Below are positions 11,840 to 23,865 of a stretch of DNA of 64,000 bases, piece after piece (within the stretch, counting starts at the first letter, position 1; each line of letters starts with the position of its first letter). This stretch comes from Octopus vulgaris (taxonomy: Eukaryota). The position numbers were made by a program, and so were the translations under genes. The stretch is taken from contig OX597816.1 of assembly GCA_951406725.2 (NCBI GenBank), forward strand, positions 47,554,001-47,618,000, given 5' to 3'. The notes under the pieces were generated by a model. That model had not been told where the DNA came from, ran no database searches, and saw nothing but the letters and a program-made list of their open reading frames with translations.

Positions 11840-12645
11840 TATTGGTGAACAGGTAAAGGCACTAGAAACTATAAAGATTAAAGTTGTAGTTGAGAAAACG
11901 TTAGCTAACATGGAGGACTGGAAGCCATCTGAATATTGGAAAAGATTTACCTGTATTGATGATTTGCACCAGGTATCAAAATGTTGACATGAAGGATGCT
12001 GTTCAACACTCTGTGAACACTGTAAAGGTTGTGGATAACTGCAATGAAAACTACAAAGTTGTGGCCAGCTAAAAGGGACACAGCAGGCATTTCTGACTGT
12101 ACCTGCATGTTGAAATTTATCCCAAGAACTGCAGGATACAGTCTTAGGCTCAATGAAGCTGCTGGAGACTGTGGTCAAACTCTGGCTGGAGAAGTTTGCT
12201 GTTGGAAGGCCATGTGTGGTATTAGAATTTGCCTCCTTGCCATAACTCTGGAAAGAGTCAGAAGAGGTTGTCAAAGAATTTGTACATCTTCACCAGCTCC
12301 AATTTCTGACCTTCTAATTCCTCTAATTGCAATTCCATGGATTACTGTGTGTGAGACATGGTTAAGAAAGATACCGACTGTTCTGTTACAATACCAAGAC
12401 TGAGCTGATGGCCAAGATCAAGGAAATGTTCAAAGATCTTCCCAGCTACACAGCAAGGAGTGTATGTACCAAGTTCCAGAGCTGTCTTGAAGCCATGGTA
12501 GAAGCTGAGGGCAGCTACTTTGAGTAAACTGTTATCTCCCAGCCATAATCTGGTTGATATTTATTTGATTTTTTAACTTTTAGATGGGATATTATGTTTT
12601 CCTTTTCCTTTTATGCAAACTGTCAAATTTAGCCTGGAGACCATG
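11840..12645 (+). mobile_element. Tc1/mariner superfamily relic (DD37D-like), heavily decayed
   Basis: ..PSNSSNCNSMDYCV..TKTELMAKIKEMFKDL..CLEAMVEAEGSYFE*, homologous to the 9049-9583 peptide. Confidence 0.7.
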
Positions 12646-12842
12646 TATATTATAGCTTCATTCCTGCATTAAGTAGATAAATGTAGCCACAGATTTGGAC
12701 TGATTTTTTATGCCTGCAGTCATTGGTTACTTATGCTGTAAGGGCATATAACTATGTGATTGAAGTTAACAATCACAAAGATCCAGGTTCAATCCCACTG
12801 CACAGAAACTTAGATAAATATCTTCTACTTTTTGCTTCAGAT

Positions 12843-13074
12843 TGATCCATGACTTAGGAATGTTATTCAGTTGATGAAAACTGCCAGGAAGCCCATTAGA
12901 TGATCCAAGTTTTAGGGATGAAAATGGTTAGATGAAAATTATTTGGAAGCCCTTCAGATAATCCAAACCTTAGGGGTGAAATTGAATAGACAAAAGCTGT
13001 CTGAAAATCAATAAGATGATCCGAGTTTTAGGGATGATATTAGGTCGATGAAATCTGTCTGGAAGCCCATCAGA
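12843..13074 (+). repeat. Four diverged ~58-bp tandem units derived from the SINE-A body
   Basis: TGATCC..TTAGGGATG..GATGAAA..GGAAGCCC..AGA repeated; preceded by a decayed SINE head at ~12745. Confidence 0.75.
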
Positions 13075-13399
13075 TGAACAGTACTTGTAACACAAAGTAT
13101 CAGCCTTGATACAGGATATCACAGTGATTTTGACTGACAATTATATTAAGGGATAAAACTATCTATGGAATATACAACCGCTTATACAATTATTCAATGA
13201 GTAGATAGTTTCTTTGATCACATAGCTGGAACACTTGTTCATGGAAATTGATGAGAGTTCATACAATCAGTCACATAACCCATTTGATATATTGATTGTA
13301 ATGTATATCACAGTTCTATTTATAAACACAATAAATGCACTTCCTACACCATACAAAGTTCCTGCACACTCACAAAATATTCAACATAACACTATTGGG

Positions 13400-13650
13400 A
13401 ATTGCGTATTCCTAGCTTTGCTAAATATCTTAATCTTGTTAATTTTCCTTCACAGACCATCCACCACGCAATCTTCCTCTTTCCTTGCAGCCCATATATA
13501 ACTAGTTCTATGATGATAATTCGGTTGTCTAGATACTGAAGCTTCAACAAACAATCAATCACAAAAAGCATTAGCGACAGCTTAAAGAGCAAAGATAATA
13601 AAAAGAGGGGGGGTGAGGGAGGAGCCTTGGGAGGAACCTACCTGAACGTT
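13400..13650 (-). mobile_element. Very decayed RTE-like reverse transcriptase fragment
   Basis: VGSSQGSSL.P.LFII followed by CLLKLQYLDN, resembling GxxQGSxLSPLLF...CPWELLYADD. Confidence 0.4.
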
Positions 13651-14435
13651 GGACCCTTTACTGAGCAGTAACATTAATCTTAAACCAACACTGATTCATA
13701 AGCTGTATTGTGTATCTGTCCATCAAAATAGGGAGACACAAGCTAATGAAAGAAGCTTTATATATATATGGTCTACCTGCTATAAATAGCATCACACCAC
13801 CCTACCATATAAAAAAAAAAACAAAAAAAACAAAGGGGGATAATGTACTTCTAGATGCTCTATGTATGTCTGATAAAAAGATAAATTGCTTAAAGTTGAA
13901 ACTTTTTCATTTAGAGATCTGTTCAGTCAGGTCTGAACTGAGATTAGCAGCAACATGGGATTAGCTCTGCTTCATATTCTAGGTTAGCTAAAAGATGATA
14001 AAGATAAGCAATTATATATCAAATGCTAAAACTGTAATGATTTTCAATTGACAACTGATGAAGAGATCAGACTTTCGCAAGTCTTTTAATTTTTCCTATA
14101 AATTTTCTTGTCCCTCTGTGTTATATTTTGCAATATATAATATATAATGTATCTATATCTGAACCATGCACCTTCACTATTTATATATATATATATACTG
14201 TTGTGTCTGGGAAGAGTCATTCTCTTTTAGTGCCTTATAATTTAACACACTCACTGGTAAAATGCTTCAACACACGAACTCACATAAAGAATCTTACAAA
14301 CCAAATCCCAAAACAATATATATATATATATATATGTAATATATGAAGAAGGTTCAAAAGGAACACACAAGTTGATATATATATATGAAAAAAAGTCAAG
14401 GTAGAAAATGCTAAAAGAATTTTATAAAAACATTT

Positions 14436-14471
14436 CAGTACCGGTTTCAGTCATTGAGACTTTTTCAACTG
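14436..14471 (-). ncRNA. Hammerhead-like motif with variant core (UUGAAAA)
   Basis: CAG-TTGAAAA-AGTC-tcaat-GACT-GAAAC-CG-GTA-CTG: stems I and II, palindromic stem III (ACCGGT), GUA triplet. Confidence 0.5.
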
Positions 14472-14631
14472 TAAGTATGAAAAACAATTAAATTTTGGAA
14501 AAATTAAATGAAAAGTTTTTTAAAAGAATTTTTACATAGTATTCAAATACAAGAGGTATTTTCCTTTTTTCTGCTTGTCTCTGTCTCTCTTGTTTACTCT
14601 TGTGGGTTTGAGGTCAGTTGTGAATTCTTGG

Positions 14632-14765
14632 CAGAGAAGAAGAAGAAAAAGGAGTAGTAGTAGTAGTAGTAGTCGGAGGAGGAGGAGGAATAGAAGGAGG
14701 AGGAGCAGAAGAAGAAGAAGAAGAAGAACAACAACAACAACAACAACAACAAAAACAACAACCCC
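14632..14765. repeat. Compound trinucleotide microsatellite (AGA/AGT/AGG/ACA)
   Basis: Direct. Confidence 0.95.
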
Positions 14766-14789
14766 ACAACCTAGGAATAGTGGCAATTC

Positions 14790-16090
14790 AATTCTGGTTA
14801 GAGAATTATGCCAATGAACTCCCACATCGCATCAAAAATGAATTCATGATGGAAGGGCTAAAATTTATCTTGGAGAATAACTACTTTGTCTTCAAAGACA
14901 ACTTCTTTGACAAAAATCGGGGACTACGATGGGTATGAGAATGGCCCCCTCTTTTGCTAACCTAGTCGTGGGATATCTAGAAATTAGTCTTAACTGTAAT
15001 GCTCTAGAAAAATATAGTAGCCCATTCTCCCTCTACATAGAAAATAACTGGAAGAGATACCTGGATGACTGTTTCATTCTTTGGCATGGAAGTATAGAGA
15101 GACTTAAAGAATTTCAAGCACTTATAAATGGACTTAACATAAACTTTCAGCTTACAATGGAATATAGCCATCAACAACTTCCCTTCTTTGACATCCTCAT
15201 TAAGAAATCTAACAACATAATAGAAACAGATATATACTATAAACCCAGAGACTCGAAGCAATGTCTACCGTTCAACTCATGCCATGCCAAAATGAATATT
15301 CCCTTCAACCTAGCCAAAAGTATATGTACTACAGTTTCTAATGCAAGCACCAGGGACACATGACTGCATGAACTAAAGGATACACTCATCACCAGGAACC
15401 ACCCACCTTCACTAATTGACATATGCTTTCAACATGCCTGACAACTTACTATCCACAAACTCAGACATCCCAAATTAAAGAAGGATTTACAACCAAAAGC
15501 CCTACCATACATCTCCACACACAACCCTCTTAACAATGAAGCCTTCGACACCATCCTTCAAAAAAGGACCATGGAATGGACTTAATCCTCCAAACACACA
15601 CCATCATAAAAAGCAAGAGACAGCCCAAATCTATGAAAAGTCTCCTAACACAAGCTTGAATATGCTCAACAACAACACTGAAGCCATCAGTAAAAAAATG
15701 TGGGAGACCCAACTGTGGATATGCGTCAATTTAATTGAGGGATCAGAGTTCTCCTTCAAACAGGGACAACGTTTCACAATGAAATGCAACTTCACATGTG
15801 CTTTGGAGAACATGATATCTGTATTAACTGCTCTGGGTCTCAAGAGCAATACATAAGCCAAACAAAAAGCAGTCTATTTCAAAGGATGGCTCTGCACAGA
15901 TCCCAGAACAAAATTAAAAAACTCCCAGCAAAATAGCATTCAGCCTACACATCAACATTTGCACCAATAACAAAAATCCAAGCTTCAGAATTTTTCCCTT
16001 CTATCAATTCAGGGATGATACAACCTGCAGCCAATGAGTTAGTAAAGAGTCTTTCTTTATCTCAAAATACAGACCCCTTTTGAATGCATC
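14790..16090 (+). mobile_element. Penelope-like retroelement (Neptune-like), decayed RT + GIY-YIG
   Basis: MGMRMAPSFANL..GYLE, WKRYLDDCFILW, FFDILI, DIYYKP.DS...NSCH..NIPF; downstream Cys linker and CNFTC..N.I start of endonuclease; multiple stops and frameshifts. Confidence 0.85.
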
Positions 16091-16164
16091 TTCAACAAAT
16101 GACATATCCACCATGACCTTAGAACAGCACACATGCAAATATATATATATATATACACATATAT

Positions 16165-16618
16165 AGGTCATCATTGTCTTATGACCTATCCAACTTATAA
16201 CTGATTGATTCTATGACAATTGGTGCACCAGCTCCTGGCAGCAATAATAAATATTCCAGTTGAAATCTAATGGGTTTAATTTCTCAGAAATTATCCCATC
16301 TACAGATAATGTCAGCTGACAAACGCTTCCCCTAGGTTTGGTTATCGATCACCACTGTGGTTATCCCAACTGTTAGAGGAATATCCTGTCACGGAGACAT
16401 CGAAGCAACCTCGTATTTGCTGATAAGATGACTGCTTGAGACTCTGAAATTTTTGACCGACGCCAATATAATAGTATAATACAAAATACTGTGAGTGACT
16501 TTTATCTGAGAACGTACCTTAAGAATGTAAAAATATAAAGCAAAACTACGTAGGCCTATTGGTTGACTTAAGATCAGTCAGTCGGAACAAATTGTGGTTG
16601 TAAGTTGACAATGACCTG
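16165..16618. mobile_element. Possible pogo/Tigger-type MITE
   Basis: Degenerate inverted ends AGGTCAT..TGTC..CAACTTATAAC / GTTGTAAGTTGACAATGACCTG between (TA)n runs. Confidence 0.35.
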
Positions 16619-16636
16619 TGTATATATATATATATA

Positions 16637-16671
<35 letters not shown>

Positions 16672-17262
16672 CATTGTTTATCGTTTAATGTCCGTTTTCC
16701 ATGCTAGCATGGCTTGGATGATTTGATTGAGGACTGGTGAACCAGATGGCTGCACCAGACTCCAATCTTGATCTGGCAGAGTTTCAACAGCTGGATGCCC
16801 TTCATAATGCCAACCACTCCGAGAGTGTAGTGGGTGCTTTTACATGCCACTGGCACAGGGGCCAGTCGGGCGGTACTGGCAATGATCTCACTCGAATGTT
16901 TTTTCACGTGCCAGTAAGGCGACGCTGGTAATGATCATGCTCGAATGGTGCCATTTACGTTCCACTGGCATGGAAGCCAGTTAACCGCTCTTGCAATGAT
17001 CATGCTCGGATGGTGCTCTTAGTGCCCCACTAGCACGGGGCACAAGTGCCAGTAAGGCAACACTGGTAATGATCACACTCGAATGGTACCTTTTACGTGC
17101 CACTGGCATGGAAGCCAGTTCGCTGCTCTGTCAACAATCATGCTCAGATGGTGCTCTTTGCATCCCACTAGCACAGATGCCAGTCATTGAATTTGATTTC
17201 AATTTCATTTGCCTCAACAGGTCTTTGCAAGCAGATTTTAGTGTCCAAAGAAGGAAAGGTAC
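16672..17262 (-). mobile_element. RTE LINE 3' UTR with ~5 diverged hairpin units
   Basis: Reverse-strand homology to 7505-8185. Confidence 0.85.
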
Positions 17263-17636
17263 GCACCATCCGAATGTGGCTGATGCCAGCGTCGCCTCGA
17301 CTGGCTTCTGTGCCGGTGGCACATAAAAAGCACCATCTGAGCTTGGCCGATGTCAGCGCCGCCTTGACTGGCTTCCGTGCCAGTGGCACATTAAAAGCAC
17401 CAACCGATCATGGCCGGTGCCAGACACCCCTGGCACCTGTGCCGGTGGCACGTAAATAGCACCCACTACACTCACGGAGTGGTTGGCGTTAGGAAGGGCA
17501 TCCAGCTGTAGAAACACTGCTAGATCAGACTGGAGCCTGGTGCAGCCCCTGGCTTCCCAGACCCCGGTCGAACCGTCCAACCCGTGCTAGTGTGGAAAAC
17601 GGACGTTAAACGATGATGATGATGATGATGATGATG

Positions 17637-17637
<1 letters not shown>
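17263..17637 (+). mobile_element. RTE LINE 3' UTR with 3 hairpin units and (GAT)n tail
   Basis: Homology to 7719-8197. Confidence 0.88.
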
Positions 17638-17671
<34 letters not shown>

Positions 17672-17791
17672 TACATATGTACATATATACATACTTACAT
17701 ACACAGACATATAGATATATGCATATATATATGTATATATAGACATATAGATAGACAGATGGAAACATAGAAACATAGTTATTTATTAGGG

Positions 17792-17831
<40 letters not shown>

Positions 17832-18469
17832 ATTATAAAATATAATATAAAATATACATCTTCAGATGTCATGACTTGAGTTATAATCAACAAACGTATT
17901 TCCATCAGGGTCTCTGTTATTGATTTTAACATTTACTTTTTTTTTTACAAATCTGGTTGTTAATCTGTAGATAGTTCTTGTATCTGATTATCAAAGACAT
18001 TTGATATTTTTATAATGAAATAAAAACTTATAAATACAAACAGTTAAAAAAAAACAGAAGTCAGAATTAATTTTTTTTTTTTGTTCAAAATTTGAAATAT
18101 CTTAAGATTTGAAAATCACTTGAAATTTATTAATTCAGAATAAAAATAAATAAAATTTAAGAAATGGAAATAAGAAAGAAAAAAAAAAACTATAAAGACA
18201 ACTGCTTTAAACTGGCAAGGAAAGAGCAAAATAAAAAAATATATAATAAAAATGAAAAGAAAGGAAAAAGAAAGAAACTGGAAATAATGAAATATTTTGC
18301 TTGCTATTCTCAAAAGAAACAAGTGTGGTTTGAGGCCCCTTGTGTGTGTGTGTGTGTGTCTGTGCTAGTATATAGTATATGTGTATGTATTTGTATCTTC
18401 ACTATGTAATGTGCAGACAGCACTAAGTAGGTGGGTGTTTATCATGGGAGTCAATAGCAAGTACACCAA

Positions 18470-18828
18470 AACCACCACTACCACCACCACCATCACCACC
18501 ACCGCCGCCGCCGCCACTACTACTACTACTACTATAACCACCACCACTATTACTACCTCTACGAATACTACTACTACTACTACAACCACAACCACCACCA
18601 CTATTACTACCTCTACAAGTACTACTACTACAACTACCACTGCTGCCGCCGTCACCACCACCACCACCACCACCACCACCACTACTACTACTACTACAAC
18701 CACCACCATTATTACTACCTCTACAAATACTACTACTACTACAACCACAACCACCACCACTATTACTACCTCTACAAGTACTACTACTACAACAACCACC
18801 ACTGCCGCCTCCTCCTCCGCCTCCACCG

Positions 18829-18863
<35 letters not shown>
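18470..18863. repeat. (ACC/ACT)n compound microsatellite with higher-order duplication
   Basis: Block ATTACTACCTCTAC recurs four times at ~55-110 bp spacing. Confidence 0.92.
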
Positions 18864-18865
<2 letters not shown>

Positions 18866-19009
18866 ACACATGCATTACTGGCAAACTTTAAGGAGCAACA
18901 CTGCGTATCATTACTTTCTTGACATAAAATATCCAATGAGTAAAAAACATTGAACTTAGTGAAAATTTGACCAAATGGTTTGGTTTTGCAAAAAAAAAAA
19001 AACATCTAT

Positions 19010-19420
19010 CTTTAATCTTTTACTTGTTTCAGTCATTAGACTGTGGCACCATCTTGAAGAATTTTTAGTTGAGTGAATCAATCCCAGTACTTATTTTTTG
19101 TTAAGATTGGTACTTATTCTATTGTTCTCTTTTGCCGAACCACTAAGTTATATGGATGTAAATACACCAACACTGGCTGTCAAGAGGCAGTGGGGAACAA
19201 ACACAGATATGGAGATATGGAGACACACACATGCATACACACAAACACACACACACATATGATGGGCTTCTTCCAGTTTCCATCTACCAAACCCACTCAC
19301 AAGGCTTTGGTCAGCCCAAGGCTATAGTAGAAAACAATTGCCCAAGGTGCCATGCAGTAGGACTGAGCCTAGAACCATGTGGTTAAGAAGCAAGCTTCTT
19401 ACCACACAGCCACACCTATT
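19010..19420 (-). mobile_element. SINE-A, diverged
   Basis: Head, CA tract and tail on reverse strand. Confidence 0.8.
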
Positions 19421-20507
19421 CTCATTCTAATAAATAAAAATTGTTGAATTCCAGATTTAGTCCTGATTGAGTAGTTCAAGCCTTGGCCACCACACTTAAT
19501 CTATTTCAAAGTATCATATATTGCTTTATGTATTCTTTATTTGTTTCAGATAGGAAATAATTTGATGGAGATTTTAGCTGCCATTTTTAGTAAGTCAGAT
19601 GACCATGTAGCGGTTCCTGAGCTTTTTCTTCTGCGAAATATATTTTTATTGTTTAGGTATTGTTACACCATACAACCATTTTACATGGTTGCATGGTTAA
19701 GGAAGGAATTTGTCTGTGGGTGTTGTAATTGTATTTTTGGAATGGACATGAATACAATTTTATGTGCCTCACATACTAAAACTTTCAGAGTTGGATCACC
19801 TATTAATAACGTATTTATGATCAAAGAAAGCGTCAAAAAACAAAACAAAACCAAAAAATAAAAAACAAACACCATAAATAAATAAAAAATATAAATAAAA
19901 AATTAAATTAAATTAAAAAAAGCAAAGCTTCTGACATAAAATTTCTACTACTTCTATTTTACATTACTGATACGCTGATTCTATATCATGCCATATTTAA
20001 GAGATTATTTGCCCATTGCTTTTCTTACATGTCATCACTTGTTTTTAAAACTAAACATTGTCAACAGCTGTCTCTTTGATTATAGTTACAATACGTTCTC
20101 AACAGCACATGTAATAAATTTAGATTAATGGGAAATTTCTAAAAGGAAAATGCTCTACAATTGCGCTTTAAAGTACATGAAAGGATGAATATTTCAAATT
20201 TAAAGATCCTCGACTGCAACTTGTATATTGATTCTGTTTCGGTTAATATGACAGTTCGTTTGCTGTAGTATATTTAAATATTGTTGTTAGTGAACAATTA
20301 TGTAAAGCAGTTCGGAACCAACATCAACACCTCAAAAACACAAATCATGCACATAACAACTCTGCATCTCTTCACTTCCAATGGTGAGCCACAAGTCTGT
20401 GGACAGGGCTGGTGCCATGATATTTAGTGTGTTAGGCTAGCCTGACAATGAGAATCTCCTTCTCTCAGGTATGACTGTTTGCTGAATGCTGCCAAGAACA
20501 GTAGTTG

Positions 20508-20690
20508 GAGTGGCTGTGTGGTAAGAAGCTTGCTTCTCAATTACATTGTTCCAGGCTCAATCCCAATGTGTGGAACCTTGGGAAAATGTCTTCTACTATG
20601 GCCCTGTGATGATCAAACAAAGCATCCTGAGTGGATTTCATAAACGGAAACTGAAAGAAGCCCATTGTGTATGTATGTATATATGTGTAT
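20508..20690 (+). mobile_element. SINE-A head, followed by nested insertions
   Basis: GGAGTGGCTGTGTGGTAAG...GAAAGAAGCCC then TA/TG tract. Confidence 0.8.
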
Positions 20691-20788
20691 AACAGGAATG
20701 TTTACGAAAATAAACAAAAGACGAAGGCAGGTGGAGTACAAACAAACAATTGTATTAGTATGGCGCTCAGGAATAGAAATAAAACAAG

Positions 20789-20826
20789 TCTTTTACGTTT
20801 CGAGCCTACGCTCTTCGACAAAAAGA
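20789..20826 (-). ncRNA. Hammerhead-like motif in a ~210-bp non-coding insert (20691-20905)
   Basis: TCTTT-TTGTCGA-A-GAGC-gtag-GCTC-GAAAC-GTA-AAAGA; layout of a minimal Penelope-type hammerhead with an altered core. Confidence 0.5.
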
Positions 20827-20922
20827 TACACAGAAAAGAAACAAGGAGAGAAACAAGGAGAGAAAAAAATGCGTGTAGGGGCTAACGATCCAACATGGCG
20901 TTCCCATATGTATATGTGTATA

Positions 20923-21233
20923 CCTGGTCTGATCAATAAGTATTCAGACTCTTGCTATAGTAACGATGCTAAAGCATGGGGAGTGAAGCCGCTTGGCACA
21001 GGTTGACTCGTTTTTACTCTCATTTACTTGTTTCAGTCATTTGACTGTGGCCATGCTGGAGCATCACCTTTAGTCGAGCAAATTGACCCCAGGACTTATT
21101 CTTTGTAAGCCTAGTACTTATTCTCTCAGTCTCTTTTGCCGAACCGCTAAGTTACAGGGACGTAAACACACCAGCATCGGTTGTCAAGCGATGTTGGGGG
21201 GACAAAGACACACAAACTTATACACACATATAC

Positions 21234-21298
<65 letters not shown>

Positions 21299-22385
21299 TA
21301 CGATGGGCTTCTTTCAGTTTCTGTCTACCAAATTCACTCACAATGCTTTGATCGGCCCAAGGCTTTAGTAGAAGACACTTGCCCAAGGTGCCTCACAGTG
21401 GGACTGAATCCAGAACCATGTCGTTCGTAAGCAAGTTACCAAATTCACTCACAATGTTTTGGTCGGCCCAAGGCTTTAGTAGAAGACACTTGCCCAAGGT
21501 GCCACACAGTGGGACTGAACCCAGAACCATGTGGTTCATAAGCAAGCTACTTATCACACAGGCACTCCTACACCTTGAACTCTGTTGTGCATGCACACTA
21601 AGTTTGAACATTCTAGCTCACTTCCACTGTTTACAGCAGTGCTTGGAAAGAAGAAAGTTGTGTAGCGTGTGATCATTGCCTTCACTATGACAGAGAAAGT
21701 TGAGCAGAGAATCTGCATCAAATTTTGCCAAAAGCTTGGCAATACCTGCTCAGAGGCCTATTCAAAGTTTTCAAAAAGTGTTCATTGTTCTCAACACAAT
21801 CAAGAAGACTTGTTCAACTGAAACCTGAGTGTCTTTTTGGTCAGTTGAAAGCAGTTTTGGCACAAACTTGGCAGACATGCATCTCATACCCAAATCTTCA
21901 GTGATAATGGACTGAACTGAACTGCAACTAATCTGCACATCCTCTGATAACTCACGGATGGTAATTCAACAACTTCCTCTCACAGCTGCATGCACATCTG
22001 CAATGTCTTTCTCTGTTCTGCTGGTTGTAGGTCTACTAGAATATTCGTCAATATCAACATTTTTCGGCCATCTTAGAAACCTCTGAACCACTTGTACACC
22101 TGTGTGTGGGTCATATACTCCTCTCCATACACTTTCTGCAACTTTGTGTAGACCTCTGAGTTAGTATTGCTATGACAACTTTCTCTGTCATGGTCAATGC
22201 AATGATCACACGCTACACACCTTCCTTCCAAGCAATGCTGTAAACAACAGAAGTGGGCTAGAACGTTAAAACTTAGTGCACATCCACAGCAGAGTGCAAA
22301 GTCAATCTGTGCCAAGCGGCTTCACTCTGCATGCTTTAGCTTTGTTAGTATGGCAACAATCGCAATACTTATTGATCAGACCTCG
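20923..22385. mobile_element. Fold-back mariner derivative made of two inverted 5' ends
   Basis: TIR GGTCTGATCAATAAGTATT at both ends; + arm encodes MTEKVEQRICIKFCQKLG, - arm encodes MTEKV...YKWFRGF...SAKFVPKLL; left arm split by a SINE. Confidence 0.85.
21010..21572 (-). mobile_element. SINE-A with internal ~112-bp tandem duplication
   Basis: TACCAAATTCACTCACAATG...AAGCAAG occurs at ~21326 and ~21437. Confidence 0.88.
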
Positions 22386-22394
22386 TATGTATAT

Positions 22395-22810
22395 AGGTGC
22401 AGGTGTGACAGTATGGTAAGAAGTTTGCTTCCCAACCACATGATTCCAGGTTCAGTCCTGCACTGTGCCACCTTGGGAAAATGTCTTCTACTATAGTCTT
22501 GGGTTGACCAAAGCCTTGTGAATAGATTTGATAGATGGAAGCTGAACATAACCTGTTGTATATATCTATATTTATGTGTATGTATCTTGTGTCTGTGTTT
22601 GTTCTCCCCCACTGCTTGACAACTGGTGTTGGTGTGTTTTCATACCCGTAACTTAGCAGTTCAACAGAAGAGTTTGATTGAATGAGTACCAGGCTTGAAA
22701 AACAAAAGAAATCACTGGGGCTGCTTCATTTGACTTACACCTATCAAGGCCATAGATTATGGCCTTCGCATGGCAATAATCTAATCACTGAAACAAATAA
22801 AAGATAATAG
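22395..22810 (+). mobile_element. SINE-A, diverged
   Basis: Head, tract and tail. Confidence 0.8.
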
Positions 22811-22842
22811 ATATAATATTTAGTGTACAGTATTGTATCAAT

Positions 22843-23114
22843 ACAATTGCAGCATGGAAGGTGTTTATAAGCCATTTAAGAAACACATAAAAACCGTTAG
22901 ATTCACTTCAATATCTAAATTTAATTTGTCAAAAAATTTTCGGCGCGTAGAGACCACGACCTATTCACTGGCAAGCGGAATTTTTTCAGTGAACAGGTCA
23001 TGGTCTCAAAGTGACAAAAATATTTTGACAAATTAAATTTAAATGTTGAAGTGAATCTAACGTTTTTTGTGTGTTTCTTAAATGGCTTATAAACACCCTC
23101 CATGCTGCAATTGT
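22843..23114. repeat. Long palindrome (~128-bp arms, 16-nt loop), probable fold-back MITE
   Basis: 22843-22970 is the reverse complement of 22987-23114 with scattered mismatches. Confidence 0.9.
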
Positions 23115-23449
23115 TTTCATTCCAGCACATAATCTCAGATCAGGTCACTTGCTATGCAAGTACATCTCCGTAATTGTATCAATAGTTTACTTAATAATTA
23201 AGTTTTCTTCTGTTGGTAATACAATGTTTAAAGAATTACAACAATTCTTCCTTGACAGGTATAGATGATGAGACTGAGGTAAACAAAAATATTTGTTGAA
23301 TTTCTTTTTCTTTCTGGTGCTTCTAGATTTTAGAGTGGTCTTAGGATGCCATATCTGTCTTAAGACTAAAATAAACAAAAATGTTTGTTGGATTTTGTTT
23401 TTCTTTTTTTGGTGCTTCAAGATTTTAGAGAAGTCTTAGGATGCCATGC

Positions 23450-23865
23450 CTGTCTTAATGCATTGCTCAGAATGCAGGCAAATGTTGAAAGAAGACATAA
23501 ATAAGATCAATGTCGAACATTTCCTGAGGAAAATCTGCCATATCTGGGACAATAACGTGTTAAATGAGAAGTTGTACTGCAAAACTGGTTGCAATGGTGT
23601 GGTCTTTGAAATAAAGCTTGAATGGATGAGCTACGCACTCAGAATGGGATGGAATAAGATGTCAAAGATAGCTTTAAGATGGACATAACCTTGAAAGTGA
23701 AAACCTGAGCAACAACCAAAGAATGTCTGGTATAGAACAGTCGAAAGTGAGTTAAGAGAAACGCTTTTTACATGGGACAAGACACAGAGGGTTGCTAAAG
23801 ACTGGTTTGAACAGTATCAAATTGTCATATACTTATTTGCTATTTGGGAAGAAGAGGGTTAAAGT
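23450..23865 (+). mobile_element. Old RTE-clade LINE C-terminal fragment
   Basis: SEC..M...D.NKI...LRKI..IW...NE.LY.KT...EIK..W...LRM....K.ALRWT...PK..W.RTVE pattern with stops. Confidence 0.7.

Noticed and set aside
14055-14085. CTGATGAAGAG..CTTT hammerhead remnant
   Set aside because: GAAA element missing
18381-18953. Thr-rich mucin-like ORF
   Set aside because: Trinucleotide microsatellite open in several frames on both strands, with no non-repetitive domain
20290-20360. FGTNINTSKTQIM, resembling the LINE RT motif GLxINxxKTKxM
   Set aside because: Single short motif without supporting flanks
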